From NCBI RefSeq assembly GCF_009914755.1, contig NC_060937.1: a DNA stretch of 64,000 bases; one strand, given 5' to 3'. The stretch comes from the human T2T-CHM13v2.0 reference genome, Homo sapiens. Within the stretch, counting starts at the first letter, position 1. Each line of letters opens with the position of its first letter. Under the pieces are notes generated by a model, which saw only the letters and a list, made by a program, of their open reading frames with translations, was not told where the DNA came from and ran no database searches. Positions 15,210 to 30,400 of this stretch are shown here, piece after piece. The position numbers and the translations under genes were made by a program.

Positions 15210-17434
15210 ATGAAATATCAAAGTTCACAAACTATATATTATATACTGTACACAAAATATCAAAGTATCCAAGGTATATATTCTATACTGTACAAAAAAT
15301 ATCAAAGTACCCAAATCATGTATTATATAGTGTACATAAAATATGAAAGTAAATCAAATATATATTTTATTCTGTACATAAAATATCAAAGTACACCAGA
15401 TATATATTTTATTGTGTACATAAAATATCAAAGTACCCAAACTATACATTATATACTGTACATAAAATATGAAATTACATCAAATATATATTATATTAGG
15501 TACATAAAATATGAAAGTACATCAAATATAGATTATATACTGTATAAAAAATATCAAAGTACCCCAAATATATATTATATACTGTACATGAAATATCAAA
15601 GAACCCAAGGTATATATTCTATACTGTAGAAAAAATATCAAAGTACCAAAAGCATGTATTATATACTGTACATAAAATATGAAAGTACATCAAATATATA
15701 TTTTATTATGTACATAAAATATCAAAGTACACCAGATATATATTTTATAGTGTACATAAAATATCAAAGTACCCAAAGTATACATCATATACTGTACATA
15801 AAATATGAAATTACATCAAATATATATTATATTTGGTACGTAAAATATGAAATTACATCAAATATAGATTATATACTGTACATAAAATATCAAAGTACCC
15901 CAAATATATATTATATACTGTACATGAAATATCAAAGTTCACAAACTATATATTATATACTGTACATAAAATATCAAAGTACCCAATGTATATATTCTAT
16001 ACTGTACAAAAAATATCAAAGTACCCAAAGCATGTATTATATACTGTACAAAAAATATGAAAGTACATCAAATATATATTTTATTCTGAACATAAAATAT
16101 CAAAGTACAACAGATATATATTTTATACTGTACATAAAATATCAAAATACTCAAACTATACATTACATACTGTACATAAAATATGAAATTACATCAAATA
16201 TATATTATATTAGGTACATAAAATATGAAAGTACATCAAATATAGATTATATACTGTACATAAAATATCAAAGTACCCCAAATATATATTATATACTCTA
16301 CATGAAATATCAAACTTCAGAATCTATATATTATATACTGTAGAGAAAATATTAAAGTACCCAACGTATATATTCTATACTGTACAAAAAATATCAAAGT
16401 ATGCAAAGCATGTATTATATACTGTACATAAAATATGAAAGTACATCAAATATATATTTTATTCTGTACATAAAATATCAAAGTACACCAGATATATATT
16501 TTATCGTGTACATAAAATATCAAAGTACCCAAACTATACATTATATACTGTACATAAAATATGAAATTACATCAAATATATATTATATTAGGTACATAAA
16601 ATATGAAAGTAGATCAAATATAGATTATTAACTGTACATAAAATATCAAAGAACCCCAAATATATATTATATACTGTACATGAAATATCAAACTTCACAA
16701 ACAATATATTATATACTATACATAAAATATCAAAGTACCCAAGGTATATATTCTATACTGTACAAAAAATATCGAAGTACCCAAAGCATGTATTATATAC
16801 TGTACATAAAATATGAAAGTACATCAAATATATATTTTATTCTGTACATATAATATCAAAGTACACCAGTTATATATTTTATAGTGTACATAAAATATCA
16901 AAGTACCCAAACTATACATTATATACTCCACATAAAATATGAAATTACATCAAATATATATTATATTAGGTACATAAAATATGAAAGTACATCAAATATA
17001 GATTATATACTGTACATAAAATATAAAAGAACCCCAAATATATATTATATACTGTACTTGAAATATCAAACTTCACAAACTATATATTAAATACTGTACA
17101 TAAAATATCAAAGTACCCAAGGTATATATTCTATACTGTACAAAAAATATCAAAGTACACAACGCATGTATTATATACTGTACATAAAATTTGAAAGTAC
17201 ATCAAATATATATTTTATTCTGTACATAAAATATCAAAGTACACCAAATATATATTCTATACTGTACATAAAATATCAAGGTACCCAACCTATACATTAT
17301 ATACTGTACATAAAATATGAAATTACATCAAATATATATTATATTAGGTACATAAAATATGAAAGTACATCAAATATAGATTATATACTGTACATAAAAT
17401 ATCAAAGTACCCAAATATATATCATATACTGTAC
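15210..17434. repeat. Diverged 9-mer HOR island, copy 1
   Basis: Units start at 15210 (378), 15588 (336; monomer A missing), 15924, 16302, 16680 and 17058. They carry 9-mer-type alleles (TTCTAT, AGCATGTA, intact ACCCCAAA) plus private variants CCAGATATATATTTT and CAAACTTCA. Confidence 0.9.
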
Positions 17435-20400
17435 ATGTAATATCAAGTTACCCAAACTATACATTACATACTGTACATAAAATATGAAATTACATCAAAT
17501 ATATATTATATTAGGTACATAAAATATGAAATTACATCAAATATATATTAAATTAGGTATGTAAAATATGAAAGTACATCAAATATAGATTATATACTGT
17601 ACATAAAATACCAAAGTACCACAAATATATATTTTGTACTGTACATGAAATATCAAAGTTCTCAAACTCTATATAATATACTGCACATAAAATATCAAAG
17701 TACCCAAGGTATATATTCCATACTGTACATAAAATGTCAAAGTACCCAAAGCATATATTATATGCTGTACATAAAATATGAAAGTACATCAAATATATAT
17801 TTTATTCTCTACATAAAATATCAAAGTACACCAAATATATATTCTATACTGTACATAAAATATCAAGGTACCCAAACTATACATTATATACTGTACATAA
17901 AATATGAAATTACATCAAATATATATTATATTAGGTACATAAAATATGAAAGTACATCAAATATAGATTCTATACTGTACATAAAATATCAAAGTACCCA
18001 AATATATATCATATACTGTACATGAAATATCAAAGTTCACAAACTATACGTTATATACTGTACATGAAATATGAAATTACATCAAATATATATTTTATTA
18101 GGTATGTAAAATATGAAAGTACATCAAATATAGATTATATACTGTACATAAAATACCAAAGTACCCCAAATATATATTTTATACTGTACATGAAATATCA
18201 AGGTACCCAAACTATACATTATATACTGTACATAAAATATGAAATTACATCAAATTTAGATTATATTAGGTACATAAAATATGAAATTGCATCAAATATA
18301 TATTATATTATGTATGTAAAATATGAAAGTACATCAAATATAGATTATATACTGTACATAAAATACCAAAGTACCCCAAATATATATTTTATACTGTACA
18401 TGAAATATCAAAGTACTCAAACTATATATTATATACTGCACATAAAATATCAAAGTACCCAAGGTATATATTCCATACTGTACAAAAAATATCAAAGTAC
18501 CCAAAGCATATATTATATGCTGTACATAAAATATGAAAGTACATGAAATATATATTTTATTCTCTACATAAAATATCAAAGTACACCAAATATATATTCT
18601 ATACTGTAAATAAAATATCAAGGTACCCAAACTATACATTATATACTGTACATAAAATATGAAATTACATCAAATATATATTATATTAGGTACATAAAAT
18701 ATGAAAGTACATCAAATATAGATTCAATACTGTACATAAAATATCAAAGTACCCAAATATATATCATATACTGTACATGAAATATCAAAGTTCACAAACT
18801 ATACGTTATATACTGTACATGAAATATGAAATTACATCAAATATATATTTTATTAGGTATGTAAAATATGAAAGTACATCAAATATAGATTATATACTGT
18901 ACATAAAATACCAAAGTACCCCAAATATATATTTTATACTGTACATGAAATATCAAGGTACCCAAACTATACATTATATACTGTACATAAAATATGAAAT
19001 TACATCTAATTTAGATTATATTAGGTACATAAAATATGAAATTACATCAAATATATATTATATTAGGTATGTAAAATATGAAAGTACATCAAATATAGAT
19101 TATATACTGTACATAAAATACCAAAGTACCCCAAATATATATTTTATACTGTACATGAAATATCAACGTTCTCAAACTATATATTATATACTGCACATAA
19201 AATATCAAAGTACCCAAACTATATATTCCATACTGTACAAAAAATATCAAAGTACCCAAAGCATATATTATATGCTACACATAAAATATGAAAGTACATC
19301 AAATATATATTTTATTCTGCACATAAAATATAAAAGTACACCAAATATATATTCTATACTGTACATAAAATATCAAAGTACCCAAACTATACATTATATA
19401 CTGTACATAAAATATGAAATTACATCAAATATATATTATATTAGGTACATAAAAAATGAAAGTACATCAAATATAGATTATATACTGTACATAAAATATC
19501 AAAGTACCCAAATATATATCATATACTGTACATGAAATATCAAAGTTCACAAACTATATATTATATACTGTACATAAAATATCAAAGTACCCAAACTATA
19601 CATTATATACTGTACATAAAATATGAAATTGCATCAAATATATATTATATTATGTATGTAAAATATGAAAGTACATCAAATATAGATTATATACTGTACA
19701 TAAAATACCAAAGTACCCCAAATATATATTTTATACTGTACATGAAATATCAAAGTACTCAAACTATATATTATATACTGCACATAAAATATCAAAGTAC
19801 CCAAGGTATATATTCCATACTGTACAAAAAATATCAAAGTACCCAAAGCATATATTATATGCTGTACATAAAATATGAAAGTACATGAAATATATATTTT
19901 ATTCTCTACATAAAATATCAAAGTACACCAAATATATATTCTATACTGTAAATAAAATATCAAGGTACCCAAACTATACATTATATACTGTACGTAAAAT
20001 ATGAAATTTCATCAAATATATATTATATTAGGTACATAAAATATGAAAGTACATCAAATATAGATTCTATACTGTACATAAAATATCAAAGTACCCAAAT
20101 ATATATCATATACTGTACATGAAATATCAAAGTTCACAAACTATACGTTATATACTGTACATGAAATATGAAATTACATCAAATATATATTTTATTAGGT
20201 ATGTAAAATATGAAAGTACATCAAATATAGATTATATACTGTACATAAAATACCAAAGTACCCCAAATATATATTTTATACTGTACATGAAATATCAAGG
20301 TACCCAAACTATACATTATATACTGTACATAAAATATGAAATTACATCAAATTTAGATTATATTAGGTACATAAAATATGAAATTACTTCAAATATATAT

Positions 20401-21460
20401 TATATTAGGTATGTAAAATATGAAAGTACATCAAATATAGATTATATACTGTACATAAAATACCAAAGTACCCCAAATATATATTTTATACTGTACATGA
20501 AATATCAACGTTCTCAAACTATATATTATATACTGCACATAAAATATCAAAGTACCCAAACTATATATTCCATACTGTACAAAAAATATCAAAGTACCCA
20601 CAGCATATATTATATGCTACACATAAAATATGAAAGTACATCAAATATATATTTTATTCTGTACATAAAATATCAAAGTACACCAAATATATATTCTATA
20701 CTGTACATAAAATATCAAGGTACCCAAACTATACATTATATACTGTACATAAAATATGAAATTACATCAAATATATATTATATTAGGTACATAAAAAATG
20801 AAAGTACATCAAATATAGATTATATACTGTACATAAAATATCAAAGTACCCAAATATATATCATATACTGTACATGAAATATCAAAGTTCACAAACTATA
20901 TATTATATACTGTACATAAAATATCAAAGTACCCAAACTATACATTATAAACTGTACATAAAATATGAAATTGCATCAAATATAGATTATATTATGTATG
21001 TAAAATATGAAAGTACATCAAATATAGATTATATACTGTACATAAAATACCAAAGTACCCCAAATATATATTTTATACTGTACATGAAATATCTAAGTAC
21101 TCAAACTATATATTATATACTGCACATAAAATATCAAAGTACCCAAGGTATATATTCCATACTGTACAAAAAATATCAAAGTACCCAAAGCATATATTAT
21201 ATGCTGTACATAAAATATGAAAGTACATGAAATATATATTTTATTCTCTACATAAAATATCAAAGTACACCAAATATATATTCTATACTGTAAATAAAAT
21301 ATCAAGGTACCCAAACTATACATTATATACTGTACATAAAATATGAAATTACATCAAATATATATTATATTAGGTACATAAAATATGAAAGTACATCAAA
21401 TATAGATTATATACTTTACATAAAATATCAAAGTACCCAAATATATGTCATATAGTGTAC
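17435..21460. repeat. Mixed 755-bp 18-mer / 587-bp 14-mer block with a 1342-bp super-period
   Basis: Units at 17435 (587), 18022 (755), 18777 (755), 19532 (587), 20119 (755) and 20874 (587). ORF pairs 18777/20119, 19532/20874 and 18334/19676 are all offset by 1342. Confidence 0.9.
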
Positions 21461-24400
21461 ATGAAATATCAAAGTTCACAAACTATATATTATATACTGT
21501 ACATAAAATATGAAATTACATCAAATATATATTATATTAGGTACAGAAAATATGAAATTACATCAAATATATATTATATTAGGTATGTAAAATATGAAAG
21601 TACATCAAATATAGATTATATATTGTACATAAAATACCAAAGTACCCCAAATATATATTTTATACTGTACATGAAATATCAAAGTTCTCAAACTATATAT
21701 TATATAGTGCACATAAAATATCAAAGTACCCAAGGTATATATTCCATACTGTACAAAAATTATCAAAGTACCCAAAGCATATATTATATGCTGTACATAA
21801 AATATGAAAGTACATCAAGTATATATTTTATTCTGTACATAAAATATCAAAGTACACCAAATATATACTCTATACTGTACATAAAATATCAAGGTACCCA
21901 AACTATACATTATATACTGTACATAAGATATGAAATTACATCAAATATATATTATATTAGGTATGTAAAATATGAAAGTACATCAAATATAGATTATATA
22001 CTGTACATAAAATATCAAAGTACCCAAATATATATCATATATTGTACTTGAAATATCAAAGTTCACAAACTATATATTATATACTGTACATAAAATATAA
22101 AAGTACCCAAACTATACATTATATACTGTACATAAAATATGAAATTACATCAAATATATATTTTATTAGGTATGTAAAATATGAAAGTACATCAAATATA
22201 GATTATATACTGTACATAAAATACCAAAGTACCCCAAATATATATTTTATACTGTACATGAAATATCAAAGTTCTCAAACTCTATATTATATACTGCACA
22301 TAAAATATCAAAGTACCCAAGGTATATATTCCATACTGTACAAAAAATGTCAAAGTACCCAAAGCATATATTATATGCTGTACATAAAATTTGAAAGTAC
22401 ATCAAATATATATTTTATTCTGTACATAAAATATCAAAGTACACCAAATATATATTCTATACTGTACATAAAATATCAAGGTACCCAAACTATACATTAT
22501 ATACTGTACATAAAATATGAAATTACATCAAATATATATTATATTAGGTACATAAAATATGAAAGTACATCAAATATAGATTATATACTGTACATAAAAT
22601 ATCAAACTACACAAATATATATCATATACTGTACATGAAATATCAAGGTACCCAAACTATACATTATATACTGTACATAAAATATGAAATTACATCAAAT
22701 ATATATTATATTAGGTACAGAAAATATGAAATTACATCAAATATATATTATATTAGGTATGTAAAATATGAAAGTACATCAAATATAGATTATATACTGT
22801 ACATAAAATACCAAAGTACCCCAAATATATATTTTATACTGTAGATGAAATATCAAAGTTCTCAAACTATATATTATATACTGCACATAAAATATCAAAG
22901 TACCCAAGGTATATATTCCATACTGTACAAAAAATATCAAAGTACCCAAAGCATATATTATATGCTGTACATAAAATATGAAAGTACATCAAATATATAT
23001 TTTATTCTGTACATAAAATATCAAAGTACACCAAATATATATTCTATACTGTACATAAAATATCAAGGTACCCAATCTATACATTATATACTGTACATAA
23101 AATATGAAATTACATCAAATATATATTATATTAGGTACATAAAATATGAAAGTACATCAAATATAGATTATATACTGTACATAAAATATCAAAGTACCCA
23201 AATATATATCATATACTGTACATGAAATATCAAAGTTCACAAACTATATATTATATACTGTACATAAAATATCAAAGTACCCAAACTATACATTATATAC
23301 TGTACATAAAATATGAAATTACATCAAATATATATTTTATTAGGTATGTAAAATATGAAAGTACATCAAATATAGATTATATACTGTACATAAAATACCA
23401 AAGTACCACAAATATATATTTTATACTGTACATGAAATATCAAAGTTCTCAAACTATATATTATATACTGCACATAAAATATCAAAGTACCCAAGCTATA
23501 TATTCCATACTGTACAAAAAATATCAAAGTACCCAAAGCATATATTATATGCTGTCCATAAAATATGAAAGTATATCAAATATATATTTTATTCTGTACA
23601 TAAAATATCAAAGTACACCAAATATATATTCTATACTGTACATAAAATATCAAGGTACCCAAACTATACATTATATACTGTACATAAGATATGAAATTAC
23701 ATCAAATATACATTATATTAGGTACATAAAATATGAAAGTACATCAAATATAGATTATATACTGTACATAAAATCTCAAAGTACCCAAATATATATCATA
23801 TACTGTACATGAAATATCAAAGTTCACAAACTATATATTATATACTGTAAATAAAATATCAAAGTACCCAAACTATACATTATATACTGTACATAAAATA
23901 TGAAATTACATCAAATATATATTTTATTAGGTATGTAAAATATGAAAGTACATCAAATATAGATTATATACTGTACATAAAATACCAAAGTACCCCAAAT
24001 ATATATTTTATACTGTACATGAAATATCAAAGTTCTCAAACTATATATTATATACTGCACATAAAATATCAAAGTACCCAAGGTATATATTCCATACTGT
24101 ACAAAAAATATCAAAGCACCCAAAGCATATATTATATGCTGTACATAAAATATGAAAGTACATGAAATATATATTTTATTCTCTACATAAAATATCAAAG
24201 TACACCAAATATATATTCTATACTGTACATAAAATATCAAGGTACCCAAACTATACATTATATACTGTACATAAAATATGAAATTACATCAAATATATAT
24301 TATATTAGGTACATAAAATATGAAAGTACATCAAATATAGATTATATACTGTACAAAAAATATCAAAGTACCCAAATATATACCATATACTGTACATGAA

Positions 24401-27400
24401 ATATCAAAGTTCACAAACTATATATTATATACTGTACATAAAATATCAAAGTACCCAAACTATACATTATATACTGTACATAAAATATGAAATTACATCA
24501 AATATATATTTTATTAGGTATGTAAAATATGAAAGTACATCAAATATAGATTATATACTGTACATAAAATAAAAAAGTACCCCAAATATATATTTTATAC
24601 TGTACATGAAATATCAAAGTTCTCAAACTATATATTATATAGTGCACATAAAATATCAAAGTACCCAAGGTATATATTCCATACTGTACAAAAATTATCA
24701 AAGTACCCAAAGCATATATTATATGCTGTACATAAAATATGAAAGTACATGAAATATATATTTTATTCTGTACATAAAATATCAAAGTACACCAAATATA
24801 TATTCTATACTGTACATAAAATATCAAGGTACCCAAACTATACATTATATACTGTACATAAGATATGAAATTACATCAAATATATATTATATTAGGTACA
24901 TAAAATATGAAAGTACATCAAATATAGATTATATACTGTACATAAAATCTCAAAGTATCCAAATATATATCATATACTGTACATGAAATATCAAAGTTCA
25001 CAAACTATATATTATATACTGTACATAAAATATCAAAGTACCCAAACTATACATTATATACTGTACATAAAATATGAAATTACATCAAATATATATTTTA
25101 TTAGGTATGTAAAATATGAAAGTACATCAAATATAGATTATATACTGTACATAAAATACCAAAGTACCCCAAATATATATTTTATACTGTACATGAAATA
25201 TCAAAGTTCTCAAAGTATATATTATATAGTGCACATAAAATATCAAAGTACCCAAGGTATATATTCCATACTGTACAAAAATTATCAAAGTACCCAAAGC
25301 ATATATTATATGCTGTACATAAAATATGAAAGTACATCAAATATATATTTTATTCTGTACATAAAATATCAAAGTACACCAAATATATATTCTATACTGT
25401 ACATAAAATATCAAGGTACCCAAACTATACATTATATACTGTACATAAAATATGAAATTACATCAAATATATATTATATTAGGTACATAAAATATGAAAG
25501 TACATCAAATATAGATTATATACTGTACATAAAATATCAAAGTACCCAAATATATATCATATACTGTACATGAAATATCAAAGTTCACAAACTATATATT
25601 ATATACTGTACATAAAATATCAAAGTACCCAAACTATACATTATATACTGTACATAAAATATGAAATTTCATCAAATATATATTTTATTAGGTATGTAAA
25701 ATATGAAAGTACATCAAATATAGATTATATACTGTACATAAAATACCAAAGTACCCCAAATATATATTTTATACTGTACATGAAATATCAAAGTTCTCAA
25801 ACTATATATTATATAGTGCACATAAAATATCAAAGTACCCAAGGTATATATTCCATACTGTACAAAAATTATCAAAGTACCCAAAGCATATATTATATGC
25901 TGTACATAAAATATGAAAGTACATCAAATATATATTTTATTCTGTACATAAAATATCAAAGTACACCAAATATATATTCTATACTGTACATAAAATATGA
26001 AGGTACCCAAACTATACATTATATACTGTACATAAGATATGAAATTACATCAAATATATATTATATTAGGTACATAAAATATGAAAGTACATCAAATATA
26101 GATTATATACTGTACATAAAATATCAAAGTACCCAAATATATATCATATACTGTACATGAAATATCAAAGTTCACAAACTATATATTATATACTGTACAT
26201 AAAATATCAAAGTACCCAAACTATACATTATATACTGTACATAAAATATGAAATTACATCAAATATATATTATATTAGGTATGTAAAATATGAAAGTACA
26301 TCAAATATAGATTACATACTGTACATAAAATACCAAAGTACCCCAAATATATATTTTATACTGTACATGAAATATCAAAGTTCTCAAACTATATATTATA
26401 TACTGCACATAAAATATCAAAGTACCCAAGGTATATATTCCATACTGTACAAAAAATATCAAAGTACCCAAAGCATATATTATATGCTGTACATAAAATA
26501 TGAAAGTACATGAAATATATATTTTATTCTGTACATAAAATATCAAAGTACACCAAATATATATTCTATACTGTACATAAAATATCAACGTACCCAAACT
26601 ATACATTATATACTGTACATAAAATATGAAATTACATCAAATATATATTATATTAGGTACATAAAATATGAAAGTACATCAAATATAGATTATATACTGT
26701 ACATAAAATCTCAAAGTACCCAAATCTATATCATATACTGTACATGAAATATCAAAGTTCACAAACTATATATTATATACTGTACATAAAATATCAAAGT
26801 ACCCAAACTATACATTATATACTGTACATAAAATATGAAATTACATCAAATATATATTTTATTAGGTATGTAAAATATGAAAGTACATCAAATATAGATT
26901 ATATACTGTACATAAAATACCAAAGTACCCCAAATATATATTTTATACTGTACATGAAATATCAAAGTTCTCAAAGTATATATTATATAGTGCACATAAA
27001 ATATCAAAGTACCCAAGGTATATATTCCATACTGTACAAAAATTATCAAAGTACCCAAAGCATATATTATATGCTGTACATAAAATATGAAAGTACATCA
27101 AATATATATTTTATTCTGTACATAAAATATCAAAGTACACCAAATATATATTCTATACTGTACATAAAATATCAAGGTACCCAAACTATACATTATATAC
27201 TGTACATAAGATATGAAATTACATCAAATATATATTATATTAGGTACATAAAATATGAAAGTACATCAAATATAGATTATATACTGTACATAAAATATCA
27301 AAGTACCCAAATATATATCATATACTGTACATGAAATATCAAAGTTCACAAACTATATATTATATACTGTACATAAAATATCAAAGTACCCAAACTATAC

Positions 27401-30400
27401 ATTATATACTGTACATAAAAGATGAAATTACATCAAATATATATTATATTAGGTATGTAAAATATGAGAGTACATCAAATATAGATTATATACTGTACAT
27501 AAAATACCAAAGTACCCCAAATATATATTTTATACTGTACATGAAATATCAAAGTTCTCAAACTATATATTATATACTGCACATAAAATATCAAAGTACC
27601 CACGGTATATATTCCATACTGTACAAAAAATATCAAAGTACCCAAAGCATATATTATATGCTGTACATAAAATATGAAAGTACATCAAATATATATTTTA
27701 TTCTGTACATAAAATATCAAAGTACACCAAATATATATTCTATACTGTACATAAAATATCAAGGTACCCAAACTATACATTATATACTGTACATAAGATA
27801 TGAAATTACATCAAATATACATTATATTAGGTACATAAAATATGAAAGTACATCAAATATAGATTATATACTGTACATAAAATATCAAAGTTCCCAAATA
27901 TATATCATATACTGTACATGAAATATCAAAGTTCACAAACTATATATTATATACTGTACATAAAATATCAAAGTACCCAAACTATACATTATATACTGTA
28001 CATAAAATATGAAATTACATCAAATATATATTATATTAGGTATGTAAAATATGAAAGTACATCAAATATAGATTATATACTGTACATAAAATACCAAAGT
28101 ACCCCAAATATATATTTTATACTGTACATGAAATATCAAAGTTCTCAAACTATATATTATATACTGCACATAAAATATCAAAGTACCCAAGGTATATATT
28201 CCATACTGTACAAAAAATATCAAAGTCCCCAAAGCATATATTATATACTGTACATAAAATATGAAATTACATCAAATATATATTTTATTCTGTACATAAA
28301 ATATCAAAGTACACCAAATATATATTCTATACTGTACATAAAATATCAAGGTACCCAAACTATACATTACATACTGTACATAAAATATGAAATTACATCA
28401 AATATATATTATATTAGGTACATAAAATATGAAAGTACATCAAATATAGATTCTATACTGTACATAAAATATCAAAGTACCCAAATATATATCAGATACT
28501 GTACATGAAATATCAAAGTTCACAAACTATATATTATATACTGTACATAAAATATCAAAGTACCCAAACTATACATTATATACTGTACATAAAAGATGAA
28601 ATTATATCAAATATATATTATATTAGGTATGTAAAATATGAAAGTACATCAAATATAGATTATATACTGTACACAATATACCAAAGTACCCCAAATATAT
28701 ATTTTATACTGTACATGAAATATCAAAGTTCTCAAACTATATATTATATACTGCACATAAAATATCAAAGTACCCAAGGTATATATTCCATACTGTACAA
28801 AAAATATCAAAGTACCCAAAGCATATATTATATGCTGTACATAAAATGTGAATGTACATCAAATATATATTTTATTCTGTACATAAAATGTCAAAGTACA
28901 CCAAATATATATTCTATACTGTACATAAAATATCAAGATACCCAAACTATACATTACATACTGTACATAAAATATGAAATTACATCAAATATATATTATA
29001 TTAGGTACATAAAATATGAAAGTACATCAAATATAGTTTCTATACTGTACATAAAATATCAAAGTACCCAAATATATATCATATACTGTACATGAAATAT
29101 CAAAGTTCACAAACTATATATTATATACTGTACATAAAATATCAAAGTACCCAAACTATACATTATATACTGTACTTAAAATATGAAATTACATCAAATA
29201 TATATTTTATTAGGTACGTAAAATATGAAAGTACATCAAATATAGATTATATACTGTACATAAAATACCAAAGTACCCCAAATATATATTTTATACTGTA
29301 CATGAAATATCAAAGTTTTCAAACTATATATTATATACTGCACATAAAATATCAAAGTACCCAAGGTAAATATTCCATACTGTACAAAAAATATCGAAGT
29401 ACCCAAAGCATATATTATATGCTGTACATAAAATATGAAAGTACATGAAATATATATTTTATTCTCTACATAAAATATCAAAGTACACCAAATATATATT
29501 CTATACTGTACATAAAATATCAAGGTACCCAAACTATACATTACATACTGTACATAAAATATGAAATTACATCAAATATATATTATATTAGGTACATAAA
29601 ATATGAAAGTACATCAAATATAGATTCTATACTGTACATAAAATATCAAAGTACCCAAAAATATATCAGATACTGTACATGAAATATCAAAGTTCACAAA
29701 CTATATATTATATACTGTACATAAAATATCAAAGTACCCAAACTATACATTATATACTGTACATAAAAGATGAAATTACATCAAATATATATTATATTAG
29801 GTATGTAAAATATGAAAGTACATCAAATATAGATTATATACTGTACATAATATACCAAAGTACCCCAAATATATATTTTATACTGTACATGAAATATCAA
29901 AGTTCTCAAACTATATATTATATACTGCACATAAAATATCAAAGTACCCAAGGTATATATTCCATACTGTACAAAAAATATCAAAGTACCCAAAGCATAT
30001 AATATATGCTGTACATAAAATGTGAATGTACATCAAATATATATTTTATTCTGTACATAAAATATCAAAGTACACCAAATATATATTCTATACTGTACAT
30101 AAAATATCAAGGTACCCAAACTATACATTATATACTGTACATAAAATATGAAATTACATCAAATATATATTATATTAGGTACATAAAATATGAAAGTACA
30201 TCAAATATAGATTATATACTGTACATAAAATATCAAAGTACCCAAATATATATCATATACTGTACATGAAATATCAAAGTTCACAAACTATATATTATAT
30301 ACTGTACATAAAATATCAAAGTACCCAAACTATGCATTATATACTGTACATAAAATATGAAATTACATCAAACATATATTATATTAGGTATGTAAAATAT

